A DNA stretch of 64,000 nt from an uncultured virus (IMG/VR IMGVR_UViG_3300029911_000018) (IMGVR_UViG_3300029911_000018); one strand, 5' to 3'; shown: positions 28,289 through 39,390, counted from the stretch's first letter. A program made the numbers and translations. Notes: generated by a model from the letters alone, not told the origin.

Positions 28289-29143
28289 CTATGAAAGGTC
28301 TTCGATGTCTTCGAGGCTCGCTTCCTTGCCAGAACCTGCTTGATGACCAGACAACAGGGCACGCCACTCGATAAGGCTCAACTTACGTCCCAGCTTGCTG
28401 TTGAGCTTCTTACCCCCATCCTTGATGAACTGCTGAGCCTCAGCCTCAACTTCTGCTGCTAGTTCAGGGTTCAAAGACCACTTTGCCTTGGTGGAACGGA
28501 GTACAAACTCATACCCAATCCCACTGGTCTTCTTTGACATCACGATGTCAATGTCATACACCGAGGAGTCCTCAGGAGCAAGGCCGGATACCGAACGGAA
28601 GTTTGACCGAGACAGATCAACATATCCAATCTGCCATTCAACCGGAACCCCTTTTTCATAGCTGCCGGTCTTTGCGTCGGCGTTCGTATAGTGGATGGCA
28701 AGGGCAACGACGTGAATCATCCCTGCTTGATCGAGCTTAGCGCAGCAGAATGGTGTTTCATTGTCCTTGGCAGGAGCGCAACGGTAGGTACCCTTCTTCT
28801 CCACCTTATCGAGAAAGTGGGACTTACCAATCAGGGCGAGGGGCTTGCCGTCCTTACCCTTCAGAAAGGGCAGGAGAGCGAAACGAACAACCTTATCCTT
28901 ATCCGGGCGGATTCGGTCAAGGCCGTCACTACGTGAAATCAGCTTTTGGTCGCCGAATTCAACGCTTTCAAAAACCTCTTCTTCGTCAGCCGGTGCCACC
29001 GAAGTTTTTGTGGAAGACTTTACTGGTACTTCATCGTCTTCCAACTCAGCCTTAGCTGCTGAAACAGGGGTTGTGGTTGTGGGCGTTGGCTTGCTGGAAG
29101 CCACAGGGAGTTCATCCAATTCATCATTAGCGAATTGTTTCAT
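28289..29143 (-). CDS. putative single-stranded DNA-binding protein
   Basis: Recombination context, acidic C-terminal tail. Confidence 0.6.
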   Translation of the reverse strand: MKQFANDELDELPVASSKPTPTTTTPVSAAKAELEDDEVPVKSSTKTSVAPADEEEVFESVEFGDQKLISRSDGLDRIRPDKDKVVRFALLPFLKGKDGKPLALIGKSHFLDKVEKKGTYRCAPAKDNETPFCCAKLDQAGMIHVVALAIHYTNADAKTGSYEKGVPVEWQIGYVDLSRSNFRSVSGLAPEDSSVYDIDIVMSKKTSGIGYEFVLRSTKAKWSLNPELAAEVEAEAQQFIKDGGKKLNSKLGRKLSLIEWRALLSGHQAGSGKEASLEDIEDLS

Positions 29144-29214
29144 ATATCCTCTTTTTGTTTCGGTGTCTTGTTTCGGTTTCGAGTGTCTTTACTGCTTTTG
29201 TGTAGTGTTGCGTG

Positions 29215-29553
29215 CTATAAGGAAGCCTTACTCAAGTCTTCCTTATCTGCGACTTCAAGTTGCCTAAGCTTCCCGAGAGCCACAAACTTTACCTTACGTT
29301 TGGCGTTGGTCATCTTAGTCTCACCAGTGAAAGGTATCTTTCTATAAATACCCGGTTTGTGATGAATACTGAACTTACCAAAGCTATTTAATTTCATTGA
29401 AAAACTGTCAGAGCCAAGATTGTCAATTAGGGTATCTTCGATGCACTTAATGACCTTAGTGACAAGTTCCTCAGCTTCCTTCTTAGTGGATAAGTTGAGA
29501 ACTTGTTGAACTCGACCTATCAGCAGTTCCCGGCCTATGCGTGAATTTGCCAT
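29215..29553 (-). CDS. HU/IHF-like DNA-binding protein
   Basis: KKEA..FGKFSI..R..P.TGE....AKRKVKF...K.L. Confidence 0.9.
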   Translation of the reverse strand: MANSRIGRELLIGRVQQVLNLSTKKEAEELVTKVIKCIEDTLIDNLGSDSFSMKLNSFGKFSIHHKPGIYRKIPFTGETKMTNAKRKVKFVALGKLRQLEVADKEDLSKASL

Positions 29554-29649
29554 TATGACTAACCTCAAACCTTATGGTGTGCAGCTTGCGCTATATACCA
29601 TCTAATACTGAACTCTATAGTTGAATTTCCACAGTATTTACGGCAAAAC

Positions 29650-29678
29650 AAAAGACCCACCCCAATGGGGTGGGTCTA
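29650..29678 (-). terminator. intrinsic terminator
   Basis: AGACCCACCCC-ATT-GGGGTGGGTCT-TTT. Confidence 0.85.
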
Positions 29679-29695
29679 TGTTAGATACATTACAC

Positions 29696-30325
29696 TTAAT
29701 TCGACTTCACAGCGGCAGCGGCGGCGTCTTCTGCGACCTTATAGTTCTTTCTGACAGTCGCCCGTACCAACATTCTCTTAACCGCCAGATTCTGACTTAC
29801 TGTTGGGTTGAAGTAATACACCAAACCTGTGGATGCTGTGTAGAAATCCTGAGAACCAAGATGCCCCCAACGGAAATCCACCGTTGACCATGAGATGCTG
29901 GGGGTCACTCGATACTGAGTCCCGCCACCAATCAAGTAGGTAAACTGGTTAGGTGTAGTGTTGCTGAACGTGGAGTTACCAGCAGCAAAATCCGCAAACA
30001 CCCCAAACTGGTCAGAAGGGATATTTGTATGCTTCACGATACTGGAAACATCAGGTATAACATGGACCCCACCAAGATAGCTGTTGAATCCACCCGTGGA
30101 AGCAAGCACGGTATATTCACCGGCAGAAAGGCTGTTCCCTTTTTGTGCTCCCCAGTCAAACACGTCCAACAGCATCGTAGTTACATTACCGGCCCCCCAT
30201 TGGTTGTTGTAATGGATACCAACAGCCTCGGTTGCGGTCGAAACTACGAGACCATTTGTTTGTGCAGATAGGGCACCGGCCAAAGAAAGAACCCCTGCAA
30301 GGAGTAGGACGAAATACTTCTTCAT
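29696..30325 (-). CDS. exported, probable outer-membrane beta-barrel protein
   Basis: Signal peptide, alternating beta strands ending GLVYYF. Confidence 0.65.
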   Translation of the reverse strand: MKKYFVLLLAGVLSLAGALSAQTNGLVVSTATEAVGIHYNNQWGAGNVTTMLLDVFDWGAQKGNSLSAGEYTVLASTGGFNSYLGGVHVIPDVSSIVKHTNIPSDQFGVFADFAAGNSTFSNTTPNQFTYLIGGGTQYRVTPSISWSTVDFRWGHLGSQDFYTASTGLVYYFNPTVSQNLAVKRMLVRATVRKNYKVAEDAAAAAVKSN

Positions 30326-30360
30326 TTAGTTAATCTCCAAAGAGCCAATAGGCTCTCTCA

Positions 30361-31170
30361 CTAATACTCCGATTTCCAGATGTTTGAAATACGAAAGGCG
30401 CAGATGTAAGGATCGGTTCGCTTAGTTCGCCATAGGTCGAGTAGTTTGATAGTGTCATGCACCTTCGTGTAGTCCAGTTTCAACGTCTTAAAAAATTTGA
30501 CCTTTGATGGAGACGGATGAGGGTTGAACCTTGCCTTGCTCAATGTCGAATCATCATCCTTTTGAACCAACGTATAGACCGATAAGTCAATGTAGAGGCT
30601 GTGCAACCGTCTCTCTGGGGCTACTCCGGGAACCGAGAACCAGAGCTTATTCTCCCATGGCTGCGGCCATCGCTTACTCTCTGGTGGCATAGTGCCCGTT
30701 AAAAGCCACACAGCCGTCCATAGTGCCACGACTATGTCCTCGATGGTTCCTGACGACGCCAACTGGTCTGCCAGCCGGTCTACAAGGTCTTTATCGGGTT
30801 TATCCATATCCAGAAGAGTAGCGGCGTACCTCACAATAGCATTCGCTCCGGCTGAGCCTCTCGTAATTGGGTCCAGCGACCAAAATGCTGTATTGTCTCT
30901 GGCCTGAGGGGATAGAGTAGTGGTGGATTTGGAGGATAGAACACGAAACAGTTTAGGCGTATCATCTACTAACATGTCAGCATCTGTGACAACCTCGGTG
31001 AACACGCAAGAAACACCAAGGATTTTCTCTGCAAGCTTCTGCTGAACGTAATCCTCACCGACAAGAATGTTAAACCGTTTATGTACCTTGGAAGCTAACA
31101 TGACAGGTGCTGGATTGAACTCAGACACCCGCCTACCGGGTCTAAACTTTGGTTGGACTTTATCTGCCAC
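30361..31170 (-). CDS. hypothetical protein
   Basis: 269-aa ORF. Confidence 0.7.
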   Translation of the reverse strand: MADKVQPKFRPGRRVSEFNPAPVMLASKVHKRFNILVGEDYVQQKLAEKILGVSCVFTEVVTDADMLVDDTPKLFRVLSSKSTTTLSPQARDNTAFWSLDPITRGSAGANAIVRYAATLLDMDKPDKDLVDRLADQLASSGTIEDIVVALWTAVWLLTGTMPPESKRWPQPWENKLWFSVPGVAPERRLHSLYIDLSVYTLVQKDDDSTLSKARFNPHPSPSKVKFFKTLKLDYTKVHDTIKLLDLWRTKRTDPYICAFRISNIWKSEY

Positions 31171-31648
31171 ACAAGCTAATACCTAACTAACCCTAGAAAC
31201 CCGGAGTAGAATCTCAACCTCTTGTTCATTTATCTCTCCGGCGTGATACCACTTCATAACTCGCTCACGACTGAATATCATAGCCTCTGATTTACCCCAA
31301 TCGGAGGTGCAGTATTTTTCAAATGCGTGAGGAATGTAAGGTTCGTCGTCTCTCATATTTGTTTCTTCTTCCTTATGTAGAAGCGAAGCGTGGTCAAATC
31401 ATATCCTCGCTTTTCCAACTCATCCCACAGTGAGGGCTCATATGTTACCCAATCATGACGCTTGGCATCAATAGGCGCATCCCAGTTTAGATGTGCTCTT
31501 TCACTCCCCAATACGCTGTGCAGAAGGCGTGGGTCGGCACGTTGTGTTCCCGATCCGTTGTGATACACCACATCCTCGGAGCTATGCCGGTCGGCTTTGC
31601 CCCAGTAAATATGGAGTTCACCTTCTCGGACTATGGGTCTGCGTCTCA

Positions 31649-32338
31649 TTAAGTCATACTCAATTTAGGTTTGGCTGTTTGAAACTTGGCATGGGCTGTA
31701 GTCATATCCTCCACGAACTTTGAAGCGTCCAAAAGGTGGAGTAACACTCGCTTCCCATTTGGAGTTATAGCTACTCCTCCCTTTTTCACCTTTACAATAC
31801 CAAAGCTAGTACAGACGACTACCATAGTCTCAGCCAACTGGCTAACAAGGTCGCGTACAAACTCCTTCTGCTTTTCCTCCGACACAGCAACTCCAGTCTC
31901 ATCGGTGACTTTAAAACGAAGGTGCTTTTCTAAGGGCTCGATCAAATACTCGTGTTGTGGATTATCGAGTTCATTCAGAAAAATGACGAACAAAGGCCGC
32001 ATGACCTTTCCGAAGTGAGGATGAGCGCCATTCAATTGTTCGAAAATCAACTCACCTACAAGTAAGGTAACGCCAAATGTAGCCCCCCATTTATAGCCAT
32101 CATACGAGCTAGGCATCAATTGAAATTCAGTCAATGTGGGGTACTTGGCATACTTCTCTAATAACTTTTTCTGCTCAACTAAAAACGTGTTGGCCTGTAG
32201 CCGGGGGTTTTCTTCGAGAGAGTTATCACTTATAAGAGCCATCAACTCATTCTTGGCCTGAGTTATGATGGTTTTCTGAAGGAAAAGAACCTTCTTAAGA
32301 TCATCCACGTTTTTAAGCTGTACTATAGAATCATTCAC
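31649..32338 (-). CDS. hypothetical protein
   Basis: 229-aa ORF. Confidence 0.7.
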   Translation of the reverse strand: MNDSIVQLKNVDDLKKVLFLQKTIITQAKNELMALISDNSLEENPRLQANTFLVEQKKLLEKYAKYPTLTEFQLMPSSYDGYKWGATFGVTLLVGELIFEQLNGAHPHFGKVMRPLFVIFLNELDNPQHEYLIEPLEKHLRFKVTDETGVAVSEEKQKEFVRDLVSQLAETMVVVCTSFGIVKVKKGGVAITPNGKRVLLHLLDASKFVEDMTTAHAKFQTAKPKLSMT

Positions 32339-33368
32339 CTATTTGCCACCCGTCCGCCCCTTTTACGTCCACCCTTTTTACCCTGAGGTCGAAATAACCG
32401 TGCCCCTAACAGCAATGTGCTATCCACCGTTGACACCATTCTTGAACTGGTTGCTTGCGCTTCGAGATACTCCCGAACATACCCGTTCGCACCGCCGCGA
32501 TAATACAATGCAATGGATAGTTTTTCGAAAAAGGTCAGGTCTCTCCAAGATTTCATCATATCTATCTATTACGGAGTTTTCAGTAGTTTTGAAACTTCAT
32601 CCAATGGAATGACTGACTTTTTCAGTCGTCGGATACCAAGGCGGAAGCAGTGAATACTCAGCCACAAAGAGGGTCTACGCCACAGCAGGATGGACATGCT
32701 GTAGGAAGTCTGTTCATTGATGTCAGAGAGCACCTTGCGGTCGCGAAGGCCCGTGGCGGCAAGGTGGTCATAATATCCCCTATAGGCGCGGAGCACAAAC
32801 TGTGTGTGAAAGTCCAGTTCGACCGGGCTTGCCTGATAAGGGAGCAGCAAGGTTAGCAACGTATACAACATGTGTGCCTCCTTGGCTACACGCTATCTCG
32901 CTGCTGACCCCGGTTATTTAATCCCAAGCCTCAGCCAAAGGTAGCTCACCAAATTTGGAATAGTCCTGCATATTTCTGTAGAGCCACCCACCGTCACATG
33001 GTAGAAGTGGCCTCTATAAATATCAACGCACCATTCAATTTCATTGGTTTGTGATTTTAGCCGGAAATTGGGTGCCTGTTTGGTAAGAGAGAACCTCCGC
33101 TCACATACCAAAGCAACATCCATGGGGATGTGTGTTTGAACCGCAGTGATAACGGGGGCGACATCACGAGGTTGAGGGAATTTGGGGGTGCCTTTACGCA
33201 ATTAGCCCTCAAACTCATCGAAGTTGGGATTGTCATTGGGTGGCCGGGTTAAAGACATGGAAACCCGTTCGTACTCCCGCGCCGCGTGAGGCCGACGCCG
33301 AACGTAAGCGATATTGGGACCGGGAGAGTTGCGTCCAGAATTTCATCAAGCGTTTTCATGAGCCTCCT

Positions 33369-35219
33369 TTAGTTAGGCCATACCACGGCGTCCATCCACC
33401 ACTTTGGAAACAGTTTACCATTACGACCGAGGAAAGCGATGATAGCCGCATCCAGAATGAAGTGCTTCGCCTTATCCTCCTTGTGACGGTTGGAGCGGCC
33501 TGTAGCCTGTACCAGAGCCAAAGCAACGCGGCTGGCATACCATTCAGGGTCACGCTGCATACGAGCCTTGACATAAGGGTCGAGGCAGGGGAATGGTACC
33601 TTGACGATAACCGAGAACCGCGACAGGTCGTCCTTCAGGTCGAGCCCTTCCGTCATGCTTGGGGAGAAGAGAACGGTAGGGTTCTCAGACTCAATATGAC
33701 GACCAATTGCGATGTCGCGGTCACCGCTCGTGTGGGTAAGCACACGGTTGCGAGAACCCATACTGTCGGCCATGAACTTATTCACCTTATAACTATGGGT
33801 GTGAACGATGCCCTTATGAGCGGCGAACTTATCCATAATCTTACCAAGGAACTCAGCCACTTTTGGCATAGCAACATCAATCGAAGGTACCTGACCAGAC
33901 TGCCAGCACTTGCGGCACCCAGCACCCTTACGGTTCTCACGGCCAGCATCCTCAGGGTTGGAGCACTCCGGGCAAGCAACTTTGGTGCTGGACATGTTCG
34001 CAATCGGCTTGATGAATACAGGACGATTTTCAATCGGAAAGTCACAGTCAATGCGGCAGGTTACGGCATCATTGGCGTCGATGCCAAGGTTACGCATAAA
34101 GAACTTGAAATCACCAATGGTGGCCGACATAATGATGACCTTTTCGGCCTTGCTAAACAGAATCTCATCAGCGAACAGAGTGGCCGTCAAGGGCTTGATG
34201 ATGAGGCAACCAAACTCACTGCTGCCCTTGGTCTCATCAGTATAGGTAATCCAGTCGATGATGTTTTCAGCGGCGGAGTTTAGGAAGAGTACAAGCTTGC
34301 TTGTGAATCGGCGAAGGCTGTTCAACTTCTTACCCAACTTGGTAGCGGCTCCGGTACTCTTGTCTTCCTTGAGGTCTTCCAGTTCCGATGTCCACGTCAT
34401 GATGAGAGCCTGTGCAGCAGGAACAAAGGTCTCTGCCACCCACTCCACACCTTTGGTGGTCTGTCCCGGCTTCACAACGGGCATGGACAAAAAGTCGATA
34501 CCCACCTCCTCGCAACGAAAACGGTTAATGACAGTGTCGGCTTGCGAGAGAATCTGTCCTTCGGTGTTGTGCCCTTCATCAAGAATGAGCATTTTACGAG
34601 GTGAAAGCTGACCGGCGTGGGTGGTCTCACCCAAGTAGTAGGCGAAGTTAGTTACGCCGAGGGGGTTTTTCACAAACAACTTCTTGGCCTCTTTATATGG
34701 GCAGAAGGAGCACCCCTTCTTCCCCTCTTCATCCTCAGACTTTTCGGTACGGCAGAGCATCCCACCCGTTTCACAATCCACAAACTTTCCGGTCTCATCA
34801 TCTACAAACTCAGTGCAGGTATAATTCGAACGACCCTTGAGTTCCTTGAGACCGATGGACTCAAAATCACCCATGTACTGAGCAGTCAAACTTTTCTGCG
34901 GGGAGAGGATGTAGGCACCGGCTTCAAAACCGGGGCGAACGGGTTGAGTCTTGGCGTGAGAGCCAGCAGCGATGGCGATACCGGACTTACCAGAGCCTGT
35001 CGGGGCTTCGATGATAATGAACTTCTTGTTCTCGCGGTATGCCTGTTCAATGGCCTGAAATGCCTGTTCCTGAGCGGGACGGACCACAGGGAACGGAAAG
35101 TGATCGCGGATGTCGGAGGATGAAGCTAGATTGAGGTTCTTAAGGCTTCTCAGAGTCTCAGCTTGCGCCGAGGGGAAGTCAACCTTATTCGGAAAACCAA
35201 TTTGAACTAGCTCAGTCAT
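33369..35219 (-). CDS. DinG/XPD-family helicase
   Basis: EAPTGSGKS, Fe-S cysteines, DEGH, EGLDL, KVPFP, QATGR..R. Confidence 0.93.
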   Translation of the reverse strand: MTELVQIGFPNKVDFPSAQAETLRSLKNLNLASSSDIRDHFPFPVVRPAQEQAFQAIEQAYRENKKFIIIEAPTGSGKSGIAIAAGSHAKTQPVRPGFEAGAYILSPQKSLTAQYMGDFESIGLKELKGRSNYTCTEFVDDETGKFVDCETGGMLCRTEKSEDEEGKKGCSFCPYKEAKKLFVKNPLGVTNFAYYLGETTHAGQLSPRKMLILDEGHNTEGQILSQADTVINRFRCEEVGIDFLSMPVVKPGQTTKGVEWVAETFVPAAQALIMTWTSELEDLKEDKSTGAATKLGKKLNSLRRFTSKLVLFLNSAAENIIDWITYTDETKGSSEFGCLIIKPLTATLFADEILFSKAEKVIIMSATIGDFKFFMRNLGIDANDAVTCRIDCDFPIENRPVFIKPIANMSSTKVACPECSNPEDAGRENRKGAGCRKCWQSGQVPSIDVAMPKVAEFLGKIMDKFAAHKGIVHTHSYKVNKFMADSMGSRNRVLTHTSGDRDIAIGRHIESENPTVLFSPSMTEGLDLKDDLSRFSVIVKVPFPCLDPYVKARMQRDPEWYASRVALALVQATGRSNRHKEDKAKHFILDAAIIAFLGRNGKLFPKWWMDAVVWPN

Positions 35220-35282
35220 TTCTTCTCTCCACCATTAGTATACCGAAAACTCCACAGTTTTAGCTAGTTTTTAGGAAAAATT

Positions 35283-35951
35283 TTACACAATCACACAGAA
35301 GCAATCGGATGTGCAAGAGAACCCTTGAAGTTGTTCTTTTTCCAACAGTTGCCTGTGTTCCACTGACATGAATTCAGACACAGTCTCGGCCATCTCCGCT
35401 ACCTTAGCACGGAACACATCGTCAGACACCCGTCCGGGGTAGACCGATGACAAACCACGCAATTTGCTGGCATAGACAGTGCAGACATCGGTAGGGAGCC
35501 CACTGGAGGCGTTGTTAGAGCACTGAGCGAACAAGGCAACGGTTTCTTGTATACGCTGGAGGGGGTTGTCTACATGGTTGTAAAGACAAGTTAATCTCAC
35601 CCACAACTTCTGACAATCACTTAGACTATCCCATTGAAACGCAGAGCGAGATGTGAGAATAAACATCACGTCATCATACATTCGTTCGATTTTGAGGAAG
35701 TGTTCGGCTTTCCTAAACTCTTCAGGCTCCATACACAAGAACCTTTCACGGCGAGATGCTTTCTCCCGTTGCACAAGGAAAAGAGAACAGGCCGCTGAAC
35801 CAGCATTGCCAATGCAGCAAAGATGAAGTTGAGCATAGGGTACAGCCGCAAGAGTCCGCTCTGTGAACCTTTTCCCTTGCTCGATCAATTCGCGGCGAAG
35901 GTCTGTGAAGTCACGCTGGGGCGTGTCCAATGATTCAATTTCAATCCTCAT
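35283..35951 (-). CDS. hypothetical protein
   Basis: 222-aa ORF. Confidence 0.6.
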   Translation of the reverse strand: MRIEIESLDTPQRDFTDLRRELIEQGKRFTERTLAAVPYAQLHLCCIGNAGSAACSLFLVQREKASRRERFLCMEPEEFRKAEHFLKIERMYDDVMFILTSRSAFQWDSLSDCQKLWVRLTCLYNHVDNPLQRIQETVALFAQCSNNASSGLPTDVCTVYASKLRGLSSVYPGRVSDDVFRAKVAEMAETVSEFMSVEHRQLLEKEQLQGFSCTSDCFCVIV

Positions 35952-35973
35952 AGTCCTATAATACTAGGTTAAT

Positions 35974-36708
35974 TTACTGATAAACCCACGTACTACCATT
36001 AAACAACACCATCAGGGTTGTAGAACTTGCCGGTGTTCCAGAACCAGCCGCTGTGCCACCCCAAGCAGGGCTACCTGAAGCATCTGAGATAACAGCCAAT
36101 TGTCCTGCAACAGGCGAGACCGGGAGTGCCGAGTATAGCACAGGAGTTAAAACGACCTGATTAACTACCCTAGAGAGAGGGTAGGAGATGAAAGAGAATT
36201 GAACATAACTATTCGATGTCCCACCAACTTGATAGATAAAACCAAGCGGTTGAATCAAATTAGGGATAGTGGGTACAGCTAACTGAACTGAGCCGGGTTG
36301 TGTAGTGCTCAAATAAACGGTGGCTCCAACGTTGGCCGGAGCAAACCCAGTTGTAAACGGACAGCTAACGATCCCCTCAGTGGTGATAATGACTGTAGCA
36401 TTCATAGCCGCACCTACTGACACAAACCCCATAGCGGGGGCATTATCTGTGGACAAAGCCGAAGCTAGTTTGGCGTATATAGTGGAGCCTGAATAATACA
36501 GACTTACCAATTGTCCCACTTGTAGAGCGACCGCAGCTTGAGCGATTACAGGAGTTGAACTGGTAAAAAAACTACCATCCAATGCCCCTTCAGCGTTAAG
36601 CAAAACAGGGGCGAAGGCATCCGCTGAACTCCCAGTGTATACGGAGACACCGGGGGTGATGTCAATCAGATTCGTGGTTTGATTAAAGATGCATAGCTTT
36701 GTAGACAT
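35974..36708 (-). CDS. probable virion decoration/fibre protein
   Basis: Ser/Thr/Gly-rich beta content, G..VYLS...PG motif. Confidence 0.6.
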   Translation of the reverse strand: MSTKLCIFNQTTNLIDITPGVSVYTGSSADAFAPVLLNAEGALDGSFFTSSTPVIAQAAVALQVGQLVSLYYSGSTIYAKLASALSTDNAPAMGFVSVGAAMNATVIITTEGIVSCPFTTGFAPANVGATVYLSTTQPGSVQLAVPTIPNLIQPLGFIYQVGGTSNSYVQFSFISYPLSRVVNQVVLTPVLYSALPVSPVAGQLAVISDASGSPAWGGTAAGSGTPASSTTLMVLFNGSTWVYQ

Positions 36709-37392
36709 TTATCGCGTCCTCGGGGGCCAGTGAACTCTTTTATTTTTCCATTCGGCTAACTCAGGAAACTGTTTGTCGGCATCAGTGTCATGCATCAAAT
36801 TAGCCGGATTTGGAGGTGTCTCGTGATGGTCTCCGGGTTGAGCCGTGTCATCAATGTTCTTCTGATTCTCACGATTGGCAAGCTCTCCTGAACCCTCAAA
36901 AACCTCTCCGCTGATGTCATACCCATAGGCCGTTTTTCCTGTTAAACTGGAAAACCTGTTCTTAGAAGGACTACTCGCTGCACGTGTCAGGCTTTCTAAA
37001 ACCCCATGAACCTTTGCCAAAGAATAGGACTGGAACAAAACGGCGGAGGAGAAATTTTCCGAGTTAGCGTACATTACAGAGATTTCGAAGTCATGACGTG
37101 CATTTTGCATATACCGCTTAACCATCGGCATCCAAGAAACTTGAGGGATAACATCCAACAGACTCAACACAAGTTCGCGGAGTTTAGGCTCTGTTTGTTT
37201 GAACAGAATAGAATCATGTTCTGGTGCCTTTAAACCCTCCCAAATCATGACGATGTCATTGTAAGTATCCCGAAGCCAATTAACATCCTGCGGCCATGTC
37301 TGTCCATCCTGAAGCAATTCATTACGAAACCTTGGCTTACTCTCCAGCGGGTGGACAGGCGAGGCGGCTAGTTTGGCAGGTTTCAATCTCAT
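36709..37392 (-). CDS. hypothetical protein
   Basis: ORF coupled to 35974-36708. Confidence 0.6.
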   Translation of the reverse strand: MRLKPAKLAASPVHPLESKPRFRNELLQDGQTWPQDVNWLRDTYNDIVMIWEGLKAPEHDSILFKQTEPKLRELVLSLLDVIPQVSWMPMVKRYMQNARHDFEISVMYANSENFSSAVLFQSYSLAKVHGVLESLTRAASSPSKNRFSSLTGKTAYGYDISGEVFEGSGELANRENQKNIDDTAQPGDHHETPPNPANLMHDTDADKQFPELAEWKNKRVHWPPRTR

Positions 37393-37548
37393 CGTAGGTT
37401 CCCTACAAGAGGAAATGAAAAGCCAAAATTTCACAGCTACCGGGTTTATAGTAGAGGCTGCTTGCTGATGAAGGTGTTTATCGAGTAGTTAATGTAGTAA
37501 TTTTGTGCCCTTACTCGTGTGAGGGTGACCTTCCACAGGATGGAAGGC

Positions 37549-37586
37549 AGAGAGGCTGGGAAGCTCTGTTCCCAGCCTCTTTTTAT
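37549..37586 (+). terminator. strong terminator
   Basis: AGAGGCTGGGAA..TTCCCAGCCTCT-TTTTAT. Confidence 0.85.
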
Positions 37587-38356
37587 ATTTCAAATTCCGC
37601 GACCGCATACCTCGTCCACTTACGTTCCTTAGGGTACCCATGAGGGTTACACACTACTCGGGTTTCACCCAGCATGTAATCGCAAGTCAAGTGCGTATGA
37701 CCATGCACCCACAGACGAGGCTTCTTATCCAAAATAAGCGGTGTCTCATCGGAAACAAAGAACCGATTGATGGGACTCTCGGCGTACATCCTGTTGGTAC
37801 TCAAGTTTGAGGGAAGGTGATGAGACAACACAACTGTATCCGGGCGAATCAGTTTATTGCCGTTCTCACGAAACTCTGTGTTTTTCTGATACACCCAATC
37901 GTGAATATCCTCAATATACTTGAAGTCGTTCAATTGGTGCTCGTATATCTGGTTCAGCGGGTCGAATGGAAACCACATGGCTCCGCCGTAGAAATGAACA
38001 CCATCAATCGTAGCTTCACTATTCTCCAACACAATGTAGTTATCCGGCAGAAGGTCGCGGATGAATTTCTCAACATCGGCACCCACCTTTGAACTGTAAT
38101 ATTCGTGGTTGCCAAAAGTGTAGAGCACCCATTTAGCTTTCTCGCCCAAGAAATCGAACACACGGCGGCACTCATTCCGCGTCTGATGAGCGGGGACTAC
38201 GATGTCTCCGGGGAGGAAGAGGACATCCAAATCTGGAACGAAGGGGATGCGACCCAAGGCATCGAAAGGATTACCATAGTAGAACTCGGTGTGGCAATCC
38301 GAAATTAACTGGGCTTTCACTGTATACACTCCCGTTCCATATACTCGCCGTAGCAC
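37583..38356 (-). CDS. metallophosphoesterase
   Basis: ISDCH.E, GDI, GNHEYY, SHH.PS, HGHTH, CNP.GY. Confidence 0.9.
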   Translation of the reverse strand: MLRRVYGTGVYTVKAQLISDCHTEFYYGNPFDALGRIPFVPDLDVLFLPGDIVVPAHQTRNECRRVFDFLGEKAKWVLYTFGNHEYYSSKVGADVEKFIRDLLPDNYIVLENSEATIDGVHFYGGAMWFPFDPLNQIYEHQLNDFKYIEDIHDWVYQKNTEFRENGNKLIRPDTVVLSHHLPSNLSTNRMYAESPINRFFVSDETPLILDKKPRLWVHGHTHLTCDYMLGETRVVCNPHGYPKERKWTRYAVAEFEI

Positions 38357-38751
38357 TCACCGCCCGGTTGATAGAGTGGAATCTCTGGCAGTAGCTTTGT
38401 GGGAGCCGACTTCACCTTCTTGACCGCTGCTTTCTTAGGGGATTTCGGCGGAGCCGCAGGAATTGGTGCAGCCCACAACTTCTCAAGAAGGGGTGTTGCC
38501 CGACGAATGAACTTCGCCCGGATACGCTTGCGGTGCTCTCTCCACTTCTTGAGACCGGCTTCGTTGTCTTTCCTGAGATAAGGTGCCCCGTACTTCGCCA
38601 CATTCTTGTGGTGTTTTTCCAATATTTGTGAGGCTACTTGGTCGCCCAACTTCATGGCGAATCCTTTGGGAGTTGTATACTTCGTGCCATAATAGGTGAC
38701 GGTCGTAAGTTTTTCGATTTTGATGTTCGACCACTCGTTGAAGAAGGCCAT
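38317..38751 (-). CDS. hypothetical basic protein
   Basis: Coupled ORF. Confidence 0.6.
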   Translation of the reverse strand: MAFFNEWSNIKIEKLTTVTYYGTKYTTPKGFAMKLGDQVASQILEKHHKNVAKYGAPYLRKDNEAGLKKWREHRKRIRAKFIRRATPLLEKLWAAPIPAAPPKSPKKAAVKKVKSAPTKLLPEIPLYQPGGECYGEYMERECIQ

Positions 38752-39167
38752 TAGCTCACCACCAGCTTACGGGACGGTATCACCATAGGAAGGGCACCTT
38801 CAAATAGCCGCAACGCCTCCTTGGTGCCTTCAGGGCTCCGGGGGATGAAGTGCTCGTACGTACCCCAACCGTTGGGAGCATTGAACGCTTCGAACCGGGG
38901 ACGGTCACCCTTCATCAAGGCAAGTCCGGTGGTGAGCGGCTCGATTAGTTCCTTAGCCTTGGTGATGCCAAGCCGCTCTGGACGCCATAGGTGCTGGTAG
39001 ATGCCAGCTTCCATCGCCATCTTGTTCAAGTTGTGGGTGATGTTCTGGTCGAAGACTACATCGGTTTCGGCGGACTTGCCGGTGCCGTCGCAATCGGGGC
39101 AGTTCTTGCAACGTTCGCAGGGAACCTCACGAGGCTCACCCTGTACTAGCCCCACATCTAGGCTCAT
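38751..39167 (-). CDS. conserved phage hypothetical protein
   Basis: MSLDV..NITHNL..MA..AGIY..LWRPE..NGWG.Y. Confidence 0.7.
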   Translation of the reverse strand: MSLDVGLVQGEPREVPCERCKNCPDCDGTGKSAETDVVFDQNITHNLNKMAMEAGIYQHLWRPERLGITKAKELIEPLTTGLALMKGDRPRFEAFNAPNGWGTYEHFIPRSPEGTKEALRLFEGALPMVIPSRKLVVS

Positions 39168-39314
39168 GTCGTACCTTCTTTCTTCAATACTCGTAATCCG
39201 CCGCCACATAACAACTCTTCTGATTGTTACCCCCGTCCACGCGGTTCACTCTTGAAAGGATAGCTGCCTTTAGGCCAACCTCCCCAATCAGGTACTCTTC
39301 TAATACTCAGAATT

Positions 39315-39390
39315 TGGTGTCGCCGATGGGAATCGAACCCACCATCATCTGATTGAAAGTCAGAGGTCCAGACCGATAGACGGCGGCGAC
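39315..39390 (-). tRNA. tRNA-Glu(TTC)
   Basis: TCTGA-CTTTCAA-TCAGA, CCA. Confidence 0.88.

Noticed and set aside
33240..34283. 347-aa plus-strand ORF
   Set aside because: Antisense shadow of the DinG helicase; no RBS or recognisable motif
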